From positions 836-10,973 of the forward strand of contig JAYOYH010000015.1 in NCBI GenBank assembly GCA_038153405.1: a DNA stretch of 10,138 nt. The letters are read 5' to 3'. This document shows positions 6,424-10,138 of the stretch, in pieces. How positions within the stretch are numbered: the first letter of the stretch is position 1; every line of letters starts with the position of its first letter. Made by a program: the position numbers and the translations under genes. Below the pieces are notes generated by a model that was not told the DNA's origin, made no database searches, and was given only the letters and a program-made list of their open reading frames with translations. The DNA comes from Gemmatimonadota bacterium. GTDB lineage: Bacteria; Latescibacterota; UBA2968; UBA8231.

Positions 6424-9028
6424 CGTCAAAGCTCCTATCGATCACAACCGGTATCGACTGCACTTCGGCATCGGTCTCGGCATCGCGAAGTATCAGTTTG
6501 TAAGGGATCGCTTTGTCAAAGGTGCCCGCTTGCAGCTCAAGGCGAAGCGACTTCTTGCGCTCATCGATGCTATCCGATGTGCTATCGAATGTAATGGTCT
6601 CGACCGAGGTGACCTGGCGGAAGCCGTCGTAGACTGCAGCGCGCAATACAATGGGCTTTCTGCGTTCGCTGACGGCCTCGGTCTGGATAATCTCAAAACG
6701 ATAAGTCGGCGTCGTGATTTTGTGATTGGTCCCGAGCACTTGTATGGAAACCTTCTCGCTGCGCGAAGCTTCCTTCTCCTTGCCCCGTAGGTGGGTGACG
6801 GTCACGAGCGGAACGATCACTTCCTGCGGCATCGCACCGCCGTGGATAAAGCGCGCACCACCCGAGAAGTGGAAGCGGTTGGCAGCGCGGGGCACCCAGA
6901 ACTCCATCTCGCCTCCGGCACCGGCCGTCACGCCAATAGAGCCGTGATGCGCCTCGGGCGCTGTGCCGAGTTCCGGTCCGATGATATAGCGCTTCTTGGC
7001 GATTGCTGCATGGGCCGGTTTCGTGCTCAGTGCGCTTTTGTCGGTTTGGTCGGGGGCTTCTCGTTGGAAGAGGAAGCCGTGGTCCGCAGTAACCCACACC
7101 TTGGCGGCGTTTAACTTATTGACGCAGAATTGGACTAATTCTCCTAACTCGTCAATACAGTCAGAGACGGCCTCGAAGGTCTCGCCTTCGGTCGAGGCGC
7201 TATCCCCTCGAGCATCGATAATATTGTGGTAGATATAAACGACCCGTTTGCCCTGAGTAAACTCGCGGGCTTGTTCGAGTTTCATCACCAGTAAGTCTTT
7301 TGCCTGGCAGGCCATTCCGTCTACAGTGGCCAGCTGCTTGCTGCGCCCTTCGGTGCCGACGGCCGGTTTGTCATCGACCAGCACATCCCCTTTGGTATTA
7401 TAGGATAGCGTCTCGTGGGGGAGGAGGCTTGCCATGCCGAGGGCTGTATAGGATGGCAAAACACCTAACATAGCCGAAAGTTGGGCGTTCATTCGGTAGC
7501 GGCCATTGAGCGACTCGGTCAGCTCTCGGGCGGCCTCGTAGCGGAATGCATCGCTGATGATGACAAAAGCCCGTTTGCGCTCAGACTCAGCGAGATGTGA
7601 GGAGATTTTGCTGGCATAGAAGTTTTGCTGAGCTGGCAGGTCTTTGAGCGACCACTCGTCCAGGAAGCCGGCATCCAGTAGGCGACTCCACTCGATGCCA
7701 AGGGGTTGCAAAAAGCCCTGGTCGTAAACGCGTTCGACCTCTTCGGCCAGCGTCTTGAGCAAGTCCCAGCCCTGGCCGAGTGCAGGTTTGGAATAGGTGC
7801 AGAAATGGCGATAGAGTTGGTCGAAGCGATGGAGGTCTTTCTGGTAGGCTGTGAGCAGATCTAAAGGCGTTTCAAAGCTCAGGGCATATCGGTGCTCGGT
7901 ATGCAGGGCAAAGAGCTCAGCGGCCGCTTCGATAGCGTCGTAGGCATCGGCGATGGCCCTTCGCTCTGGTAGATCGCTCCCAGGACCAGATAGCCAGTGT
8001 CCTGCCTTCCGCGCACTGGTTATCCCTGCTATGAAGTCCACATCTACGGACTCGGTATTGCTCAGTAGGTGTTCCTTCAAAGTGGAGACTACGCGCCTCT
8101 CGGCTGCCCAGAACGTGAAGACATTCTTGATGGTCTCGAGATCGAGCGTTGCCAGGGGCTCATCGACCTTTTGCTCAGAGGATACGGCGGCCGCTGCAGC
8201 GGCGTAGCTGCTCGCACTGCTATTGGAGTCTCGCCACTGGGTTAGGAAGACCACCGCATTGCGCCGGCCAGCAGGGGGCAGGTGGTGGTGGGTGAGGGAC
8301 TCCATCTCTGCTCCCTCTGTCTGATGGAAGAGCTCTGCGACAAAGAGCCTGCGCAAAAGCCCGGCCACAGTGGGGTCCTCGACCGCGTAGCCGAATTCGC
8401 GTCGCATCAGTGCCCAGAAGGAGTCCAGCAGATCCATTTTTTCAAGTGTCGATATTACTTCGGGGATTTCACTCAATTCAAAGCGATGACGCTCGACGTG
8501 ACTATGGTATAAAGCGCGCAGCACGTCGAAGGGGTGTGCAACCGAACTGCCGACCAATACGGCCATCATCTTGAGGTCGATGCCCGCCTCGTCGTCTTTG
8601 GTGCTAATGAGTCGCGCCAGTTTCTTGCGTCGGTCCTGGCTGCCCATAAATGTGGCGCGTGCTTTGAGGTGGTCGCGTAGGGAGAGTCGGCTCAGTCCCA
8701 GTTCTTGCAGCCAGATACTGGTCACATCGGCGTGGAACTCGGCGCTATAGAGCCGAATATCGAGCAGCCAGTCCTCTTCGGCTGGTAGGGTTTCGCCTTT
8801 AGTGTAGATCAGGTATTTACCAGTAGGGTCCTCGCGCTCCAGTCGCAGCTTGGCCGAAAGGCCACCGACCTCTTCGACGTGGAGCACTTTTATATCACTA
8901 AAATTCGCCGGTAGATCCTCTCGCACATATTCGGCAAACTCTTCGTTGGGATCGTGCCAGAAGACCAGTCGTGCGCCTTCCGTTACGAACTTCTGGTGGA
9001 GTGCCTGATCGACTTGTTCTGCCTTCAT
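6413..9028 (-). CDS. pglZ: BREX type 1 alkaline-phosphatase-superfamily protein PglZ
   Basis: 871 aa with PglZ motifs RLVFWHDP, AFVIISDAFRYE, LPSYTALGMASLLPH, YIYHNIIDARGD, VTADHGFLF and RFIHGGAMPQEVIVP. Sits between pglX and brxL. Confidence 0.96.
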   Translation of the reverse strand: MKAEQVDQALHQKFVTEGARLVFWHDPNEEFAEYVREDLPANFSDIKVLHVEEVGGLSAKLRLEREDPTGKYLIYTKGETLPAEEDWLLDIRLYSAEFHADVTSIWLQELGLSRLSLRDHLKARATFMGSQDRRKKLARLISTKDDEAGIDLKMMAVLVGSSVAHPFDVLRALYHSHVERHRFELSEIPEVISTLEKMDLLDSFWALMRREFGYAVEDPTVAGLLRRLFVAELFHQTEGAEMESLTHHHLPPAGRRNAVVFLTQWRDSNSSASSYAAAAAAVSSEQKVDEPLATLDLETIKNVFTFWAAERRVVSTLKEHLLSNTESVDVDFIAGITSARKAGHWLSGPGSDLPERRAIADAYDAIEAAAELFALHTEHRYALSFETPLDLLTAYQKDLHRFDQLYRHFCTYSKPALGQGWDLLKTLAEEVERVYDQGFLQPLGIEWSRLLDAGFLDEWSLKDLPAQQNFYASKISSHLAESERKRAFVIISDAFRYEAARELTESLNGRYRMNAQLSAMLGVLPSYTALGMASLLPHETLSYNTKGDVLVDDKPAVGTEGRSKQLATVDGMACQAKDLLVMKLEQAREFTQGKRVVYIYHNIIDARGDSASTEGETFEAVSDCIDELGELVQFCVNKLNAAKVWVTADHGFLFQREAPDQTDKSALSTKPAHAAIAKKRYIIGPELGTAPEAHHGSIGVTAGAGGEMEFWVPRAANRFHFSGGARFIHGGAMPQEVIVPLVTVTHLRGKEKEASRSEKVSIQVLGTNHKITTPTYRFEIIQTEAVSERRKPIVLRAAVYDGFRQVTSVETITFDSTSDSIDERKKSLRLELQAGTFDKAIPYKLILRDAETDAEVQSIPVVIDRSFDDDF

Positions 9029-9063
9029 TATGTTGTCGCCTTGCTACCGTGCATGGTCTTCGC
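9028..9063 (-). repeat. Degenerate second copy of the pglX 3' end (matches 9913-9948, offset 885 bp)
   Basis: 9037-9063 vs 9922-9948 match at 22/27 nt with no gaps. It translates AKTMHGSKATT* vs pglX VKAVHGKKAEV*, with the TAA in the same register. Confidence 0.8.
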
Positions 9064-9068
9064 CACAT

Positions 9069-9908
9069 TCAATCACCTTGAATGAAGTTACGTCGTTTTA
9101 GGTAGCTAATCAGTATGCTTTGGATGTCTGCTTTTAGCTTGCCCGGTTGTTCGAAATCCACTCGTCTATGGTGTTCGAAGTCGAATGGAGTCACGTCATT
9201 CAATAAATCCTTGGTTCTGTTCTGTTTGAGAATCAGGATCTGGTCGTCATTCTTTTTTGTTAGAGCATAGCTGAGTTCAAAAACGACGTTTGAGTTCGGG
9301 TGGCACTTTGCAGAAGCCACATCTGAATCTGCTTTGCTCTGCTTAGCACCGTTTTCAGCGTCTATGCTCAGAACCTGAGAGATATTCGTCACATCAAATA
9401 TCGCGAACATACAGAGGTCGATATTCTTCTTGATAGCTTGAACTATATCACCCGCCCCATCCTCGTCTCGTGTTGCCTCAACAACCTCTAAGGTGGCTCG
9501 GGGGGAATGGTTGTTGTTTATGTGGTCAACCGCTTCTTTTAGAGCCTTGCCAATCTTACTTCTCGCTGGATTGTGGTCCGATTGCCAACTGTAGAAAATC
9601 CAAGGCTGGTGTCCAATCGGAACATTTAGCCGTTCGAAATATAGTTCGTTCTCAGTTAGGTCACAGTTCGCGAGACGATATACACCGCTACCGTCGAGGT
9701 AGAATCGCACCTCCTCTCCACGCAGAAAAGGGGTATACCATTCTTGCGACTCAAGTGTGTCGCGATCTTCTATCGCAAATCCGCGATAGCCATTCTTGAG
9801 GATACTCTTCTTCAGGATGCTAAAAGACGGATCGTTCTGTTTGACTTCTTCTGGGTCGGCTATTGCGTTTGAGACATGCCAACACTTGACAGTTGTAAAT
9901 CTTGCCAC
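9069..9908 (-). CDS. BREX-embedded accessory protein: unknown ~100-aa N-terminal domain plus TIR-like/NDT-like domain
   Basis: 279 aa with a GTG start 4 nt after the pglX stop and GGAGGT inside the last pglX codons. The C-terminal motifs IFYSWQSD, G..DI...I...ID.C...IFDVT, PNSNVVFELSYA (putative catalytic Glu) and PFDF.H.R are typical of TIR/NDT-fold nucleotide-processing domains. Confidence 0.75.
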   Translation of the reverse strand: MARFTTVKCWHVSNAIADPEEVKQNDPSFSILKKSILKNGYRGFAIEDRDTLESQEWYTPFLRGEEVRFYLDGSGVYRLANCDLTENELYFERLNVPIGHQPWIFYSWQSDHNPARSKIGKALKEAVDHINNNHSPRATLEVVEATRDEDGAGDIVQAIKKNIDLCMFAIFDVTNISQVLSIDAENGAKQSKADSDVASAKCHPNSNVVFELSYALTKKNDDQILILKQNRTKDLLNDVTPFDFEHHRRVDFEQPGKLKADIQSILISYLKRRNFIQGD

Positions 9909-9912
9909 GCGA

Positions 9913-10138
9913 TTACACCTCCGCCTTTTTACCGTGCACGGCCTTCACTTCAGCCAATAGGTCGCCGAATTTGCCATAGTTTACTTTCACGCCGTCGTCG
10001 AGGTTGAGTTCAATGCGCATATCGGCGTAGTGGCGAAGCTTTTCATCAAATACGAGAAGTTCCACTTGTTGCTTTTCGAGCGTGGATCGCTCCTTCTCGA
10101 GTCGCTTCTGATGGGCAGTAGAGGTTGCCCCTTGGATG
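9913..10138 (-). CDS. pglX: BREX adenine methyltransferase PglX (BrxX), C-terminal 74 codons; gene runs off the window
   Basis: Not in the ORF track. My minus-strand translation is IQGATSTAHQKRLEKERSTLEKQQVELLVFDEKLRHYADMRIELNLDDGVKVNYGKFGDLLAEVKAVHGKKAEV*, which contains the characteristic PglX C-terminal LDDGVKVNYGKFGDLLA motif upstream of pglZ. Confidence 0.93.
   Translation of the reverse strand, partial: IQGATSTAHQKRLEKERSTLEKQQVELLVFDEKLRHYADMRIELNLDDGVKVNYGKFGDLLAEVKAVHGKKAEV

Noticed and set aside
4439..9799. Numerous short overlapping or antisense ORFs within brxL, pglZ and the 279-aa gene
   Set aside because: These are shadow frames of well-supported GC-rich genes and have no independent motifs.

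Overview
The right 60% of the window is the distal half of a type 1 BREX anti-phage operon on the minus strand: the 3' end of pglX, an inserted 279-aa gene with a TIR/nucleoside-deoxyribosyltransferase (NDT)-like domain, pglZ and brxL. The inserted gene is flanked by a degenerate in-frame duplicate of the last 12 codons of pglX, and the downstream copy still has its stop overlapping the pglZ start (TAATG). This looks like the scar of a cassette captured into the pglX 3' end. Downstream of brxL is an AT-richer accessory patch with a 186-aa gene showing ADP-ribosyltransferase-like motifs, two decayed gene fragments and a DUF5677-like gene. The left end holds a phage terminase-small-subunit-like HTH gene with no large subunit beside it. 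Upstream of that gene is about 600 nt with no credible ORF that can be folded by hand into abutting long-range helices with four GNRA tetraloops and + strand G-U wobbles, a candidate large structured ncRNA. All family assignments come from motif recognition by eye; no searches or folding programs were run.
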